NCBI GenBank assembly: GCA_052168235.1 | Contig: JBQLZK010000004.1 | Location: 32,001 to 96,000, forward strand | DNA length: 64,000 bases | Origin: Thainema sp. | GTDB lineage: Bacteria > Cyanobacteriota > Cyanobacteriia > Phormidesmidales > Phormidesmidaceae | Direction: 5' to 3' | Shown here: positions 18,941-29,310 of the stretch, in pieces | How the letters are laid out: the number at the start of each line of letters is the position of its first letter | Numbering within the stretch: the first letter of the stretch is position 1 | Notes under the pieces: generated by a model | Told to the model about the DNA's origin: nothing | Databases searched by the model: none | Seen by the model: only the letters and a program-made list of their open reading frames with translations | Program-made: the position numbers and the translations under genes

Positions 18941-19013
18941 ACTCGCATCTTGCACTAAAACCCAAAGAAGATATTCCGCTGCAACACAGCAGCAAATATC
19001 TTTTCTGGGTTTC
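18941..19013 (+). repeat. Partial family-C element (CATCTTGCAC terminus)
   Basis: ACTCGCATCTTGCACTAAAACCCAAAGAAG...TTCTGGGTT matches the left part of the element at 40094-40196. Confidence 0.7.
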
Positions 19014-19060
19014 TCTCTGGGTTCCTCGTTACTATCGAAAACGCAATTAAAGCGCGAACT

Positions 19061-19525
19061 TTAGAGAACTTGATGCGTATAGGCATGCTGCTTGACGTTG
19101 TCTTCGGTTTTGACAACGTGATCGGCATTGAGGACGCGCTTTTTCTCGGTTGAGTAGTTGAAGTGGGTGTGGGTTGTGCCAAGCGGGATCAACGTCTGGG
19201 CTTCCGGACGAGTTTGATAGGTGCGGGCGGCTGCCAATGCTCGTTCTACAAAATCGGGGCAGAACTGGGCTTCTGAAGGAAAGCTATCGGGAATTTTCAT
19301 TGTAGTGGCGTCTACAACCGCACCCAGCGTAGTTGCGATCGCTTGGCTGTAGGAGGTCGGAATATTCTTGAATAGGGCTTCCAATGCGGCAGAGGGAATG
19401 GGTTCAACCATCTGGACTTCTTCAATTTCGCCATCTTCTTTCAGATAGCAGGTTGCCAAACCAATGACGATATAAGCATCAGTGGTTAGATCGGAAGCAT
19501 TGGGCAATTCGATGGCCGTGGTCAT
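19061..19525 (-). CDS. Conserved cyanobacterial hypothetical protein
   Basis: YIVIGLATCY, EPIPSAALE, DNVKQHAYTHQVL. Confidence 0.8.
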   Translation of the reverse strand: MTTAIELPNASDLTTDAYIVIGLATCYLKEDGEIEEVQMVEPIPSAALEALFKNIPTSYSQAIATTLGAVVDATTMKIPDSFPSEAQFCPDFVERALAAARTYQTRPEAQTLIPLGTTHTHFNYSTEKKRVLNADHVVKTEDNVKQHAYTHQVL

Positions 19526-19728
19526 AATTTAATCTCATCGTGGTTAGCGAGACGATGCCGCTAAGATTCCAAAGCATTGTATCGTGCTGCATTCTTCGAT
19601 CTTGCGAACTGTTTCGGAAACGCGGCTGAGATTTAGGAAACGATACAGTTTGTTATATAGGGGAAGAAAGGTGAATGGATATCAAGGGTAACTAGGTGTT
19701 AGGTACTGGGTTTTGGGTTTATTTTCGC

Positions 19729-20208
19729 TTAGGCAAACAGTTCAAAAAAGCTATCATCGAGTTCGTAACCCAGCATCTGCGTCATAAACTTGAGACGGGT
19801 TCGGTTCAAAATTCCGTTTTGTTTCATCCAGTCCAGGCTGATGAAGACTTTTGACATGACGAAGATTTCCAATGCTTCGGGATTGTAGCGGATGCCTTCG
19901 GTGGGGCTGAACTGATGCGGAATCAGCATAGCGGCATAGCGACCCAGTTCGCCCGCTTCCCAGTCCAGAACCAAAGGTAGCCAGGGATAGCGTGTGTCTA
20001 GCCGGACGAACCACAAACGCACTTCAGGAATTTCGGACAGTTCACGCGGATCGTTTGCATCACGGGAATACTGAATATCAAAATGCAAGTTGATATCTGA
20101 TAGGGCCGTGTCGGTTTCAATCTGCTTGAGGACGGCTTGAATCGTGGCTTCAGCCGCAGTCAGGTCGAGGGTTTGAATCTGAGTTTCAGTCAGAGTAATT
20201 GAAGTCAT
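19729..20208 (-). CDS. CRR6 family NdhI maturation factor (DUF1817)
   Basis: DPRELSEIPEVRLWFVRLDTRYPWLP, RYAAMLIPHQF; ATG 20208. Confidence 0.92.
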   Translation of the reverse strand: MTSITLTETQIQTLDLTAAEATIQAVLKQIETDTALSDINLHFDIQYSRDANDPRELSEIPEVRLWFVRLDTRYPWLPLVLDWEAGELGRYAAMLIPHQFSPTEGIRYNPEALEIFVMSKVFISLDWMKQNGILNRTRLKFMTQMLGYELDDSFFELFA

Positions 20209-20326
20209 GCAGGTAGCAGATGGGCTAAACGGCTGAGTGATACCAAATCGGCTGATGAAAACCAACTTGGCCAATTTTGATTGTTAGCGATAGGCCAACA
20301 AAAAGCAAAGTAATACAGCAATTTTA

Positions 20327-20377
20327 AGTTGATTATGAACAGGCCGCTCCAGCGGGGCGGCCTGTTCATAATCAACT
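20327..20377. repeat. Inverted repeat with 21-bp perfect arms
   Basis: AGTTGATTATGAACAGGCCGC-N9-GCGGCCTGTTCATAATCAACT. Confidence 0.88.
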
Positions 20378-20476
20378 CAGTTCACTAGCTATTTAGTAGA
20401 GCTATATTCCCTTGGTTAAAGATTAGTTCGAACAGTTTAGGACTATGGATTAAATAGCCTGTAAACCGTTCTATTT

Positions 20477-20505
20477 GTAGGGACACGGCAATGCCGTGTC
20501 CCTAC
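20477..20505. repeat. GTAG-family REP-like palindrome
   Basis: GTAGGGACACGGCA-A-TGCCGTGTCCCTAC, inside imperfect outer inverted repeats (~20439-20542). Confidence 0.85.
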
Positions 20506-20999
20506 CCCAAGAATTTCACCTTATTAAATCCGAGTTCCTTAGGGGCATGGGTTGGGATTAGACTATTCCTTGATTTCTAAGTTAAAGTGGAAATGACTAC
20601 GGTTGCAGATTGTGCCTATGTAACTCTTGCCCCCTTAAAGTCGGTAAGGCGATAGATTTTTCAGAGCTTATTTTCAGAGCTTATGTAGAATACAGGCAAA
20701 TCGATCCTGAGCAGCGGGTTACGTTTGTGTAGTGGGTACTGTGTAGTGAATAGATAGCACCGTAAATCCATCACAAGTCAAACACAAGTTGACTAGCTAA
20801 CCAATTCAAATCCGTAATGCGCAGTTTGCTGATCTGAGCGGCTCGCAGCGTTTTTGCCTATCCACGCTAAAATATTCGCGCTAAAACTGGAACCCCATCA
20901 GCCGCGATCTCAACCTCGCTAGAATAGAACCAGGTGGGTTGCAGGACAGTTTTGATTCTTACTCTATTCATTTGATTGATCAACGAGGGCTAAAGCAAG

Positions 21000-21446
21000 A
21001 TGACTAGCAGCAGCGATACGACAACAGTTGCGAAACCCATTCGTTCTTTAGACGACGCTATTGAACGGTGTCAGGAATTGGGGATGCGTCTGAGTCGCCA
21101 ACGTCGCTACATCTTGGAATTGCTGTGGAATGAACAAGAGCACCTGTCTGCCCGTGATATTTACGATCGTCTTAATCAGCAAGGCAAAGAGATCGGCCAT
21201 ACGTCGGTTTACCAAAACCTAGAAGCGCTTTCAGAGCAGGGCATTATTGAGTGCATGGAGCGTTCGGATGGTCGGCTGTACGGAAACATTAGCGACTCCC
21301 ACAGTCACGTCAACTGTGTGGACACCCAGCAAATCATTGATATTCACGTCGAGCTGCCTGACGAGGTGATCCAAGCGGTTGAAGCTCGCACTGGGGTTAA
21401 GATCCACGATTACCGCATTGACTTTTTCGCCAAGAAAAACGGCTAG
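21000..21446 (+). CDS. Fur family transcriptional regulator (FurC/PerR-like)
   Basis: GMRLSRQRRYIL, HLSARDIY, IGHTSVYQNL, HSHVNC. Confidence 0.93.
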   Translation: MTSSSDTTTVAKPIRSLDDAIERCQELGMRLSRQRRYILELLWNEQEHLSARDIYDRLNQQGKEIGHTSVYQNLEALSEQGIIECMERSDGRLYGNISDSHSHVNCVDTQQIIDIHVELPDEVIQAVEARTGVKIHDYRIDFFAKKNG

Positions 21447-21471
21447 GCTCCTTGGCAGCTTGAACATCGAG

Positions 21472-21519
21472 ATCAAAAAGAGAGAGGCATTCTGGGTGAA
21501 TGCCTCTCTCTTTTTTGAT
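21472..21519 (+). terminator. Intrinsic terminator after the Fur-family gene
   Basis: AAAAAGAGAGAGGCATTC-TGGGT-GAATGCCTCTCTCTTTTTT. Confidence 0.85.
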
Positions 21520-21736
21520 GGCTGATCTAAAGAATTTATGCAACTCGGTTCAGGTGCTTGCATTGTGATTAAAAACTTCTACAATTGTCAGCATCTTTGC
21601 CTAACTCGGGGAGATTGCGCTCCAAGCAGAGATCAGGCCGCAGTTAGATTAACTCTAAATCTACTTAACATAAGCTTTGAGTTTCGCTAGATATAGCGTT
21701 TTTAATTAAAATCGTTTGCCCATCAGGGTTTAATTT

Positions 21737-23944
21737 TTGGTTGATATGTCCCAATCATCTTCTCATTTGCACTATCAGTCCCAGCCCCCTGTTCCGTTCC
21801 TGCATGGCTTTGAAGCTGATGGCACAGCGCCTACTACTGCGGATGCCGTAGATGAGGAAGAACTCCTACGAGATTTAGGATTAGAGGACAATGCATCAGG
21901 CGCAGATGGTTTAGATACTGCTGATTCGACACCTTCACAGTTTTCTACGCTATCGGCCTCGCAGCAGGTGCCCCAAGCCGTTCGCAAATTTCTGCGATCG
22001 CACTCCAAGTTGCGGACATCATCAAAGTTGAATCCCGCATGGGTGCTGCAACAGGCTAAAGCCCTCATTCCCGATCCGCAGACGGCCCAGCAGGCGGCTC
22101 ACCAAACGGCCCAGCTGATCGTGCCCCGCTTAGCGCAGCGGCCTGCCCGGCCCGCTAAACGGGGATGGTTCGCTGCGGTTACCTTGCCGACGATCTGGAT
22201 GGGGGTGCTAAGTAGTTTAGCGATCGCAAGCTTGGGATCGCTGATTTGGTTGACTCGACTGCCGCCCGCCCCAGATTGTCAGAAGCTGTCAGCTTTTGCC
22301 GCCGATGTGGATCAGCTCTACTGTGCCGGACAAGCGGCGCAAACGGGTAAGGTCGATGATTTGGTGGCGGGCATTAATTTAGTGAAGGACTGGCAGACCG
22401 ATCACCTGCTCTATGCCGAGGCGCAAACGCTGCTGAGCCAGTGGTCAGGTTCGCTGCTGTTACTGGCTCAGGATCAACTGGCCCAGGGCAATTTCGGTAA
22501 AGCCGTCGAGATGGCGGGGCTAATTCCTCAGCAGAGTCCCGTTTATGCCGACGCGCAGGTCAAGATTAAAGATTGGCAAGCGGAGTGGCAGCAGGGCAAG
22601 CAGTTGAAATCAGAAATCGAAACTGCCGTTGAACAGCAGAAGTGGCCTACCGCGCAGGAAAAACTGAAGAAGCTGCTTCAGCTCGATGAGGACTATTGGG
22701 TGCGGCAGCAGGGCGGTGAACTGCGGCAGTTGATTAAGCGGGAAGAGTCAGCCTTTGCTACGCTGACGGCGGCAACAGAGCTAGCGGATTCCGATGATCC
22801 CGATGAGCTGGCAGAGGCGATCGCACTGGCCCAGTCGATTCCGGTTCAGGCACGGGCCTGGGATGAGGCGAAACCAAAGCTGGATGGCTGGAGCCGCAAG
22901 CTTCTCCGCATTGGCTTTAAGCGTTGGGAAGAAGGTGATTTAGATGGTGCGATCGCAGCCGTGCAGAAAGTGCCTGCCGACCCGACGCTGACCCGTGAAG
23001 CCAGAGACCTGATCCAGATTAGCTACGCCGAAAAGGCCGCAAGCGACGAGGTACAGACCTGGATACCGTCGTTTTACCAGATCTACGCACTGCAAGAAGC
23101 GATCGCAGCCGTCCGCACCATGTCGCCGCTCAGCCCCTTTTACGAAGAGGCGCAAACGCATTTGCAGGAGTGGCAGGCTGAACAGGACGATTTAATTCAA
23201 CTCCAGTATGCCAATCTGCTGGCTGGATTCCAGCAGAAGTTTACCTATCAGATCGCCATTCATCAGGCGCAAACGATCCAGACTGAGCGACCCCGGCGCA
23301 CTCAGGCCCAAACGCTGATTGCCCACTGGCGGCAGGAAATTGAGCGGATCGAAGATCAGCCCTATCTGGATCGAGCGACTGCCTTGGCTAGCGTTCGCGC
23401 TGTGCCGAATTTGAAAGCTGCGATCGCAGAAGCATCCAAGATTGAACTGGGTCGGGCGCTGCGGGTTGAAGCTCAAACCTACATTGCTGATTGGCAAGTT
23501 GAAATCGAAATCATCGAAGACCAGCCGATTCTGGACGAAGCCGTAGAGCTAGCCAATCAGAACAAGCTGACGGAAGCGATTGAAGTGGCCCGCAAGATTG
23601 AATCGGGTCGTGCGCTATATGACGATGCCCGCGAGCAAATCGGCAACTGGACGGCTCAGATTCAGATTAAGGAAGACCGACCGATCCTGACGCGGGCAGA
23701 AAATTTAGCCGCGAAGGGTAGCCTCTCGGCAGCGATTGAAACGGCCTCTCAAATTGGCGCTGGGCGGGCACTATATCGTGAAGCGCAAAGCTCGATTGCC
23801 ATCTGGAAGAAAGAGCGGGCGGCGATTTGGGAAACCTGGGCTACCGAAGATACTCAGAGCAATGGCTATGCTGAAGACAGCTATGACAGTGGGTACGATG
23901 ACGGCTACAGTGATGACTATTACGATGATGGCTATGCTGAGTAA
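21737..23944 (+). CDS. Membrane-anchored helical-repeat protein (cyanobacterial family often labelled chromosome segregation ATPase)
   Basis: One TM, LPPAPDC, repeated EAI..A..I...RALY.EAQ..I..W units; no Walker A seen. Confidence 0.8.
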   Translation: MVDMSQSSSHLHYQSQPPVPFLHGFEADGTAPTTADAVDEEELLRDLGLEDNASGADGLDTADSTPSQFSTLSASQQVPQAVRKFLRSHSKLRTSSKLNPAWVLQQAKALIPDPQTAQQAAHQTAQLIVPRLAQRPARPAKRGWFAAVTLPTIWMGVLSSLAIASLGSLIWLTRLPPAPDCQKLSAFAADVDQLYCAGQAAQTGKVDDLVAGINLVKDWQTDHLLYAEAQTLLSQWSGSLLLLAQDQLAQGNFGKAVEMAGLIPQQSPVYADAQVKIKDWQAEWQQGKQLKSEIETAVEQQKWPTAQEKLKKLLQLDEDYWVRQQGGELRQLIKREESAFATLTAATELADSDDPDELAEAIALAQSIPVQARAWDEAKPKLDGWSRKLLRIGFKRWEEGDLDGAIAAVQKVPADPTLTREARDLIQISYAEKAASDEVQTWIPSFYQIYALQEAIAAVRTMSPLSPFYEEAQTHLQEWQAEQDDLIQLQYANLLAGFQQKFTYQIAIHQAQTIQTERPRRTQAQTLIAHWRQEIERIEDQPYLDRATALASVRAVPNLKAAIAEASKIELGRALRVEAQTYIADWQVEIEIIEDQPILDEAVELANQNKLTEAIEVARKIESGRALYDDAREQIGNWTAQIQIKEDRPILTRAENLAAKGSLSAAIETASQIGAGRALYREAQSSIAIWKKERAAIWETWATEDTQSNGYAEDSYDSGYDDGYSDDYYDDGYAE

Positions 23945-24008
23945 AGCCCGTTTTACCACTCGTTTGTCGCTAAAATAAGTCCGTCAGAGCCTTGCCTGAG
24001 ACATCACT

Positions 24009-26042
24009 ATGAGCAATCGCCCAGCTAATATTGTTTTGCTTGATCATGATCCCGTTTTTCGATTGGGATTACGCATTTGGCTGGAGCAGTATGCCGACCT
24101 GCGGATGGTGGCGGAGTGCCAAACGGGGAGCGAGGTGCTGCAGTTGCTGGCGGAAGTACAGGCTGAGGGGGCTAGAGGGGCTGACGGGGCTAGGGCGTCT
24201 GCTTCAGAGCCAATAGTTGATGCTCTGGAAGAGATATCGGGACGTACAGCCGATAGCTCTGAGTCGGATCGATTGACGGCTGATGCGGCTGGAATTGATT
24301 TGGTGATCACGGATCTGGTGGCGAACGAGAGCGATCCGCGTGAGGTGCCGGGGCTGGTGCTGTGCCAGCGGATTAAGCAATTGTTTCCGAACATCAAAGT
24401 GTTGATCCTCAGCGATCGCAATGAGCCAGTGATTGAAGCAGCGGCGCGACGTGTGCAGGCTGATGGCTACTGCTGGCGACAGCAGCCTGTCAGTGAATTA
24501 GCCTCCATCATTCGCCAAGTGGCTCAGGGGGCAGCGGTCTGGCCGCAGGTGTTACCGGATGCTGAACTGGAGCAATCTCCCACTGTAACCGCTCAATCTG
24601 GAGCAGCCGGTCGGACAGGTAGGGTTCCAGTCCGACGATCTTGGTGGCAGCAGGTGCGCCAGTCGGCTCGGCAGTCGGGACTGCGAGAAATCGATGCGGA
24701 AATCAATCGGCTCCAGGCTCAGCTTCAGCGGGCGCTGCTGCTAGATATTGATCCCGATCGACTCGCAGTTTTGGTCATCGAAGGCCGCCTACGCGAGTTG
24801 CGCACAGCCCGCTGGATCGTTACTCGCTTATTAGCCACCCCTAGAGCCTCCACCGTATTGCTGGAGGAGCCCAGTGCCACACCCACACAGCGCTTAGACC
24901 GACCGAATCGATTCACCCGCCGCCAAATTGCCGATCGCTCATCCCCAAACCCATCAACCATCAACTCTGCCAATAATCCAGCCAATAATCTACCCAATAC
25001 CTCCGACTCTGCGGCAGCGGAACCAGATGCAGCACTAATCTCGCAACCTGCCACCAGCTTACGCACAATTCCCTCATTCACTGTTGATGCCGCCTTTAAT
25101 CGGCTGCAGGGCAGCCTGCGGAACTTAACTCGGTCACCGCTGGAAATTGATATTCTCAGGCGCGATCGCAAACGAGAGTTGCTCTATATCATCTTGCGCA
25201 GCTTGATTCAGGTATTGGACGATTTGCAGCAGGCGCAGATTACGACCGGACAACTGGCCGAAAACCAATTAGCCTATCTGAAAGAAGTGTGGGCAAAAGC
25301 GGTTAATGAATTTTATGGTCGCTACTACATGGTGCAGGTCAGCACGGTGGAGCAGGCGCTGGTGCAGGTGATTCTGCAAGATGAAGCCGTCGTGCAGCGG
25401 GATATTCTGGAGCAAATTCCCCTGGTGGGAGAACTGCTGTCATATTTATTATTTCAGACGCCGCTGATGGTAGACGGTGTGCCCAGTGGCAGCGCCTCAC
25501 CACAGGCTCAACAGCAGGCGCAGTTACTGTTGGACAACTTGCTTTTGCAGATGGCGAATGCCGTAGTGCAGCCGCTGTTAAATCGCTTTGCCGATGTGGA
25601 AGCCGTGAAGCGCGATTTTTATGACGTGCGACTGCTTTCGACCCGTGAAATTGAGCGCTTTCGTAATGACCTCTCGTGGCGGTATCGGCAGCAGCGCTAT
25701 ATTAAAGAGCCGACCGCTATCTTTGAAAGTCGCTATCGGCTGCTGTCCCTAGCACCGGAAGGCATTCGTCCGGCATCGATGTATGCGCCACGTCGGGCCG
25801 AACTGGAGCAGCTCGAAGGAATTCCATACGTCGTAACGCTATCGCTGGAATTCCGGGATGCGGTTGCGCCCCGATTGCGATCGCTCATATCGTTTGTCGG
25901 CAGTGGCTTGATCTATGTGCTGACCGATGTGATTGGTCGCAGCATTGGCCTCGTTATTCGGGGGGTTCTGCAAGGCATTGGTAGCGCTTGGCAAGATGTT
26001 CGCTTTGGCCGCAATGATAAACGCCAGCGTCAGGATGGCTGA
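24009..26042 (+). CDS. Ycf55-like receiver-domain protein (REC + DUF3685)
   Basis: N-terminal IVLLDHDPVFRLGL receiver; C-terminal LSTREIERFRNDLSW and LEFRDAVAPRL. Confidence 0.88.
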   Translation: MSNRPANIVLLDHDPVFRLGLRIWLEQYADLRMVAECQTGSEVLQLLAEVQAEGARGADGARASASEPIVDALEEISGRTADSSESDRLTADAAGIDLVITDLVANESDPREVPGLVLCQRIKQLFPNIKVLILSDRNEPVIEAAARRVQADGYCWRQQPVSELASIIRQVAQGAAVWPQVLPDAELEQSPTVTAQSGAAGRTGRVPVRRSWWQQVRQSARQSGLREIDAEINRLQAQLQRALLLDIDPDRLAVLVIEGRLRELRTARWIVTRLLATPRASTVLLEEPSATPTQRLDRPNRFTRRQIADRSSPNPSTINSANNPANNLPNTSDSAAAEPDAALISQPATSLRTIPSFTVDAAFNRLQGSLRNLTRSPLEIDILRRDRKRELLYIILRSLIQVLDDLQQAQITTGQLAENQLAYLKEVWAKAVNEFYGRYYMVQVSTVEQALVQVILQDEAVVQRDILEQIPLVGELLSYLLFQTPLMVDGVPSGSASPQAQQQAQLLLDNLLLQMANAVVQPLLNRFADVEAVKRDFYDVRLLSTREIERFRNDLSWRYRQQRYIKEPTAIFESRYRLLSLAPEGIRPASMYAPRRAELEQLEGIPYVVTLSLEFRDAVAPRLRSLISFVGSGLIYVLTDVIGRSIGLVIRGVLQGIGSAWQDVRFGRNDKRQRQDG

Positions 26043-26045
26043 GGT

Positions 26046-26900
26046 ATGAAGCGGATCGGAAGACTGCCAGGATGGAGTCGAACCGCTCGGCAGTTCGTCA
26101 TGCGAGTTTTGCTCGTGCTGCTGTGTCTAGTGAGTCTATCGGCGGGAATGAGTGGCTGTGAACAGCTTACCGATCGGCTAGGGCTAAATCAACCAGCGGA
26201 CACCGCTGATGATGATGTGGACGTTGATCCAGATGTGGCAACGGATACTGAGCCAGAGTTGGATATTGAAGATGACAATGTGGTGGAGCCGATTGGACGG
26301 TCGCGCCCGTTTGACCAAACCGATAACGATTCGCTGAATCAGCCCGATGCCCCCGCTCAGAATGAGCCCTTTACTGCACCGCGTACCCCACCCCCGTCTG
26401 AAACGCCTGCCACGAACCCTAATTTAGCCCAGCCCAATGACCAGCTCATCCTGCGGAACATCATCGTGAGTGAGGACAACCGGAGCCAAATTGCGGTTCC
26501 AAATGATTGGCAGCAAGAGTACACGCTACATCCAACTGCTGAGCTACAGGCCGCTGCGCCACTGGATCAGCTTTATTTTGCCGCTCTGTCGGATACCAGC
26601 TTTAATTCGGCTGTTACGACGCTAGACAGCCGTGCTGCTCGCTATTTGCAGCAGTTTATTGATAGTCTGTCGCGCACTGAAACGGCACGGCGAACCAATG
26701 TGCAACAAATTGCTGGCTATCAGGCCGTTCAGTACCAACTGGAGGCAGAACTAGACGGTGTGCCGATCACGTTTTTACACACAACGGTGGCGACGCCTTT
26801 TGCCTACTATCAGTTATTGAGCTGGACATTGCGATCGCAGTTTCCGGCATATCGTGAAGAACTGCAGTTGGTCACGCAGAGTTTTGAAATCCGCAATTGA
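26046..26900 (+). CDS. Hypothetical lipoprotein
   Basis: Hydrophobic leader ending MSGC (lipobox-like), acidic linker, globular C-terminal domain. Confidence 0.75.
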   Translation: MKRIGRLPGWSRTARQFVMRVLLVLLCLVSLSAGMSGCEQLTDRLGLNQPADTADDDVDVDPDVATDTEPELDIEDDNVVEPIGRSRPFDQTDNDSLNQPDAPAQNEPFTAPRTPPPSETPATNPNLAQPNDQLILRNIIVSEDNRSQIAVPNDWQQEYTLHPTAELQAAAPLDQLYFAALSDTSFNSAVTTLDSRAARYLQQFIDSLSRTETARRTNVQQIAGYQAVQYQLEAELDGVPITFLHTTVATPFAYYQLLSWTLRSQFPAYREELQLVTQSFEIRN

Positions 26901-27002
26901 TAACCAACAAATCACCTATGAGGGTAAGAAATTGGGCTGATTTTGATGGGGAATCACTCTATTCCTATCTGTAGATCATCACAACAGTCACGTCCATGTA
27001 AG

Positions 27003-27097
27003 CCAAATCCGGCTGACAAACCCCAAACAATGATTTGAGAAAAAACACATGAAGTGCGTTTTCTCAACAACAAAGCGAGTTTTACAAGCGGATTTGG
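27003..27097. repeat. Degenerate family-A-like element
   Basis: CCAAATCCG...CGGATTTGG termini with an imperfect central hairpin. Confidence 0.55.
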
Positions 27098-27117
27098 TCA
27101 AACCTTAGCCCCCAAGG

Positions 27118-28194
27118 ATGATCATGAAAAAGCGTTTAATTGTCTGCTGCGATGGCACCTGGCAAGACCTCGGTAACTCCACCCTCACCAACGTCGCTAA
27201 ATTTGCTCAAGCGATCGCATCGATTGGCCAAGATGGTACTCCTCAAATTGTCTTCTACGACGAAGGTATTGGCACAGAACTGACCAGCAATATTCTGAGC
27301 GGTGGTGCCTTTGGTCGCGGCATTGACTATCACATTCAAGAAGCCTATGGCTTTCTGGCCCTGAACTACAATCCGGGCGATGAAATTTATCTGCTGGGAT
27401 TTAGCCGGGGTGCCTATACCGTGCGGAGCTTAGCCGGATTCATCTACAATTCTGGGCTTTTGAAGCGAGAACGGATTAATCAAATCACCGAGGCGTACGA
27501 AAATTATCGCGATCGCACTTTACATCCCGATCAATCCCCTGAGCTAGTCAAGTTCCGCCGCGATAACGGTGAACGAGTACCCGTTAAGTTCCTCGGCTGC
27601 TGGGATACTGTTGGTTCACTCGGTCTGCCTAATCTAATGCCGTTTTTGCCAATTCGTGAGTCATTCAATCAGCGCTATGCGTTTCATGACCATAAGCTGA
27701 GCGATATTATTGAACATGCCCGACATGCGATCGCAATTGATGAACCGCGTCAGTCGCTCAGCGTCACACCGATGGAGCAGGGCGAAGCGGTAAAGCAGAC
27801 GCAAACGCTGAAGCAGGTCTGGTTCCCTGGCGATCACGGCTGCGTCGGTGGCGGGACGCCCGAATATCGGGGATTTTCCGATGCGGCTTTAGAGTGGATG
27901 ATGCAGCAGGCCAGTGAACTGGGTTTGGCTCTCAAACCGGAATACATCGCCGATGGTATTCAGCCCGATCATGCGATCGCGTTTACGCCCCACTCACCCT
28001 TGCCCTGGATGCTGCTGGGCGGATATAAGCCTCGGCAGCTCAACCCAGAGCGTGGCGATCACCTGCACCCGATTACGATTCAACGCTGGCAAGAACTAAA
28101 TAATTATCGTCCGCATAATCTGCTGCACGCTTTTGGAACGTTATTAAACAACCAGTTCTGTTCTCCGTCCTGTTCAACGGTAGTACAAGCTTAG
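27118..28194 (+). CDS. DUF2235 alpha/beta hydrolase (Tle1-like)
   Basis: KRLIVCCDGTW, GFSRGAYTVR, GCWDTVGS, HAIAIDE, VWFPGDHGCVGGG. Confidence 0.93.
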   Translation: MIMKKRLIVCCDGTWQDLGNSTLTNVAKFAQAIASIGQDGTPQIVFYDEGIGTELTSNILSGGAFGRGIDYHIQEAYGFLALNYNPGDEIYLLGFSRGAYTVRSLAGFIYNSGLLKRERINQITEAYENYRDRTLHPDQSPELVKFRRDNGERVPVKFLGCWDTVGSLGLPNLMPFLPIRESFNQRYAFHDHKLSDIIEHARHAIAIDEPRQSLSVTPMEQGEAVKQTQTLKQVWFPGDHGCVGGGTPEYRGFSDAALEWMMQQASELGLALKPEYIADGIQPDHAIAFTPHSPLPWMLLGGYKPRQLNPERGDHLHPITIQRWQELNNYRPHNLLHAFGTLLNNQFCSPSCSTVVQA

Positions 28195-28213
28195 AAATCG
28201 GCGTTTTTGTATC

Positions 28214-28306
28214 AAGTCCGTATATGAGAGAACCCAACTTACTTTTGTGAGAGCTTGGCTAGGCCAAGCTCTCACAAAAGTAAATTATCGGGTTTTAACT
28301 GGACTT
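28214..28306 (+). repeat. Family-A palindromic element
   Basis: AAGTCC...AACCC, 21-bp perfect arms (28239-28283) with TAG loop, GGGTTTT...GGACTT. Confidence 0.88.
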
Positions 28307-28323
28307 CGTACTGCTAATCACGA

Positions 28324-28378
28324 ACTCAAAGAGGTAATTGTACTGCCGCAATGCGGCAGTACAATTACCTCTTTGAGT
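28324..28378. repeat. Perfect 27-bp inverted repeat (family-C core)
   Basis: ACTCAAAGAGGTAATTGTACTGCCGCA-A-TGCGGCAGTACAATTACCTCTTTGAGT. Confidence 0.9.
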
Positions 28379-28394
28379 CTGGATGGAAGAGAGG

Positions 28395-28649
28395 TTAATG
28401 CTCCGATTTTGGATCGGTGGTTTTCATCGCCTCGTGGTGAAGCCGATTATCAACATAGTGTTTGGCCTGTTGAATCGCTGCTTTTTGCGTGGGTGCAGCA
28501 GGCACAGCAACCGCACAGCCAGTTGCATGATTTGCCCATACCGAATACACCGTGTAACCATCAAGCTCGGTTTGATCAATTTCAAGCTGCCATCCCCGAT
28601 AGCCAAATGACCAAACAACACGGGGAAAATCAGGATCAGCAAAAACCAT
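28395..28649 (-). CDS. Small hypothetical protein downstream of sodB
   Basis: MVFADPDFPRVVWSFGYRGWQLEID...VWANHATGCAVAVP; the most protein-like frame among the overlapping ORFs. Confidence 0.6.
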   Translation of the reverse strand: MVFADPDFPRVVWSFGYRGWQLEIDQTELDGYTVYSVWANHATGCAVAVPAAPTQKAAIQQAKHYVDNRLHHEAMKTTDPKSEH

Positions 28650-28710
28650 ACGGTGAACCACACAATGAAGGACTGCTCTGCCTCAATCGACAGAGCCAGA
28701 GAAGCAAAAC

Positions 28711-29310
28711 TCAAGCGGCTGCCAGATTCTTCTCAGCAAAATCCCAGTTCACCACGCTGTTCAAAAATGAGCTGATGTAGTCTGGGCGCTTATTCTGATA
28801 ATCCAGATAATAAGCATGTTCCCAGACATCCATTGTCAGCAACGGAACTTGGTTACTCGTCAGGGGGTTATCGGCATTGAGAGTTTTTGTCACCTTGAGC
28901 GTATCGCCATCCAGCACCAACCAGGCCCAACCGCTGCCAAACTGAGTTGCACCTGCGGTCTTAAATGCGTCTGCAAATTTCTCGTAGCTGCCAAAATCAG
29001 CATCGATCTTTTTGGCCAGTTCTCCCGTTGGCATGCCGCCACCACCCGGCTTCATGCTGTTCCAGTAAAAAGTATGATTCCACGCTTGCGCCGCGTTGTT
29101 GAAGATGCCGCTTTTCTCCGGATCGCCAGCGACCGTTTTGATCACAGCCTCGATGGGTTGCTTATCTAAGTCTGTCCCCTCAACCGCACTGTTGAACTTG
29201 CTGACATAGGCGGCATGGTGCTTATCGTGGTGGAACTCTAGCGTACTTTTTGAGATATGAGGTTCGAGCGCTGTGTAGTCATACGGCAAAGCAGGAAGTT
29301 CGTATGCCAT
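28711..29310 (-). CDS. sodB: Fe superoxide dismutase
   Basis: HHDKHHAAY, FNNAAQAWNH (Fe-type), FGSGWAWL, DVWEHAYY; ATG 29310 with AGGAG RBS. Confidence 0.97.
   Translation of the reverse strand: MAYELPALPYDYTALEPHISKSTLEFHHDKHHAAYVSKFNSAVEGTDLDKQPIEAVIKTVAGDPEKSGIFNNAAQAWNHTFYWNSMKPGGGGMPTGELAKKIDADFGSYEKFADAFKTAGATQFGSGWAWLVLDGDTLKVTKTLNADNPLTSNQVPLLTMDVWEHAYYLDYQNKRPDYISSFLNSVVNWDFAEKNLAAA

Noticed and set aside
21737..23944. SMC-like chromosome segregation ATPase
   Set aside because: No Walker A/B or ABC signature is visible; it is a TM-anchored helical repeat protein.
27118..28194. Type VI secretion effector locus (Tle1-like)
   Set aside because: No vgrG, PAAR or hcp genes in the window; stand-alone DUF2235 genes are common in cyanobacteria.
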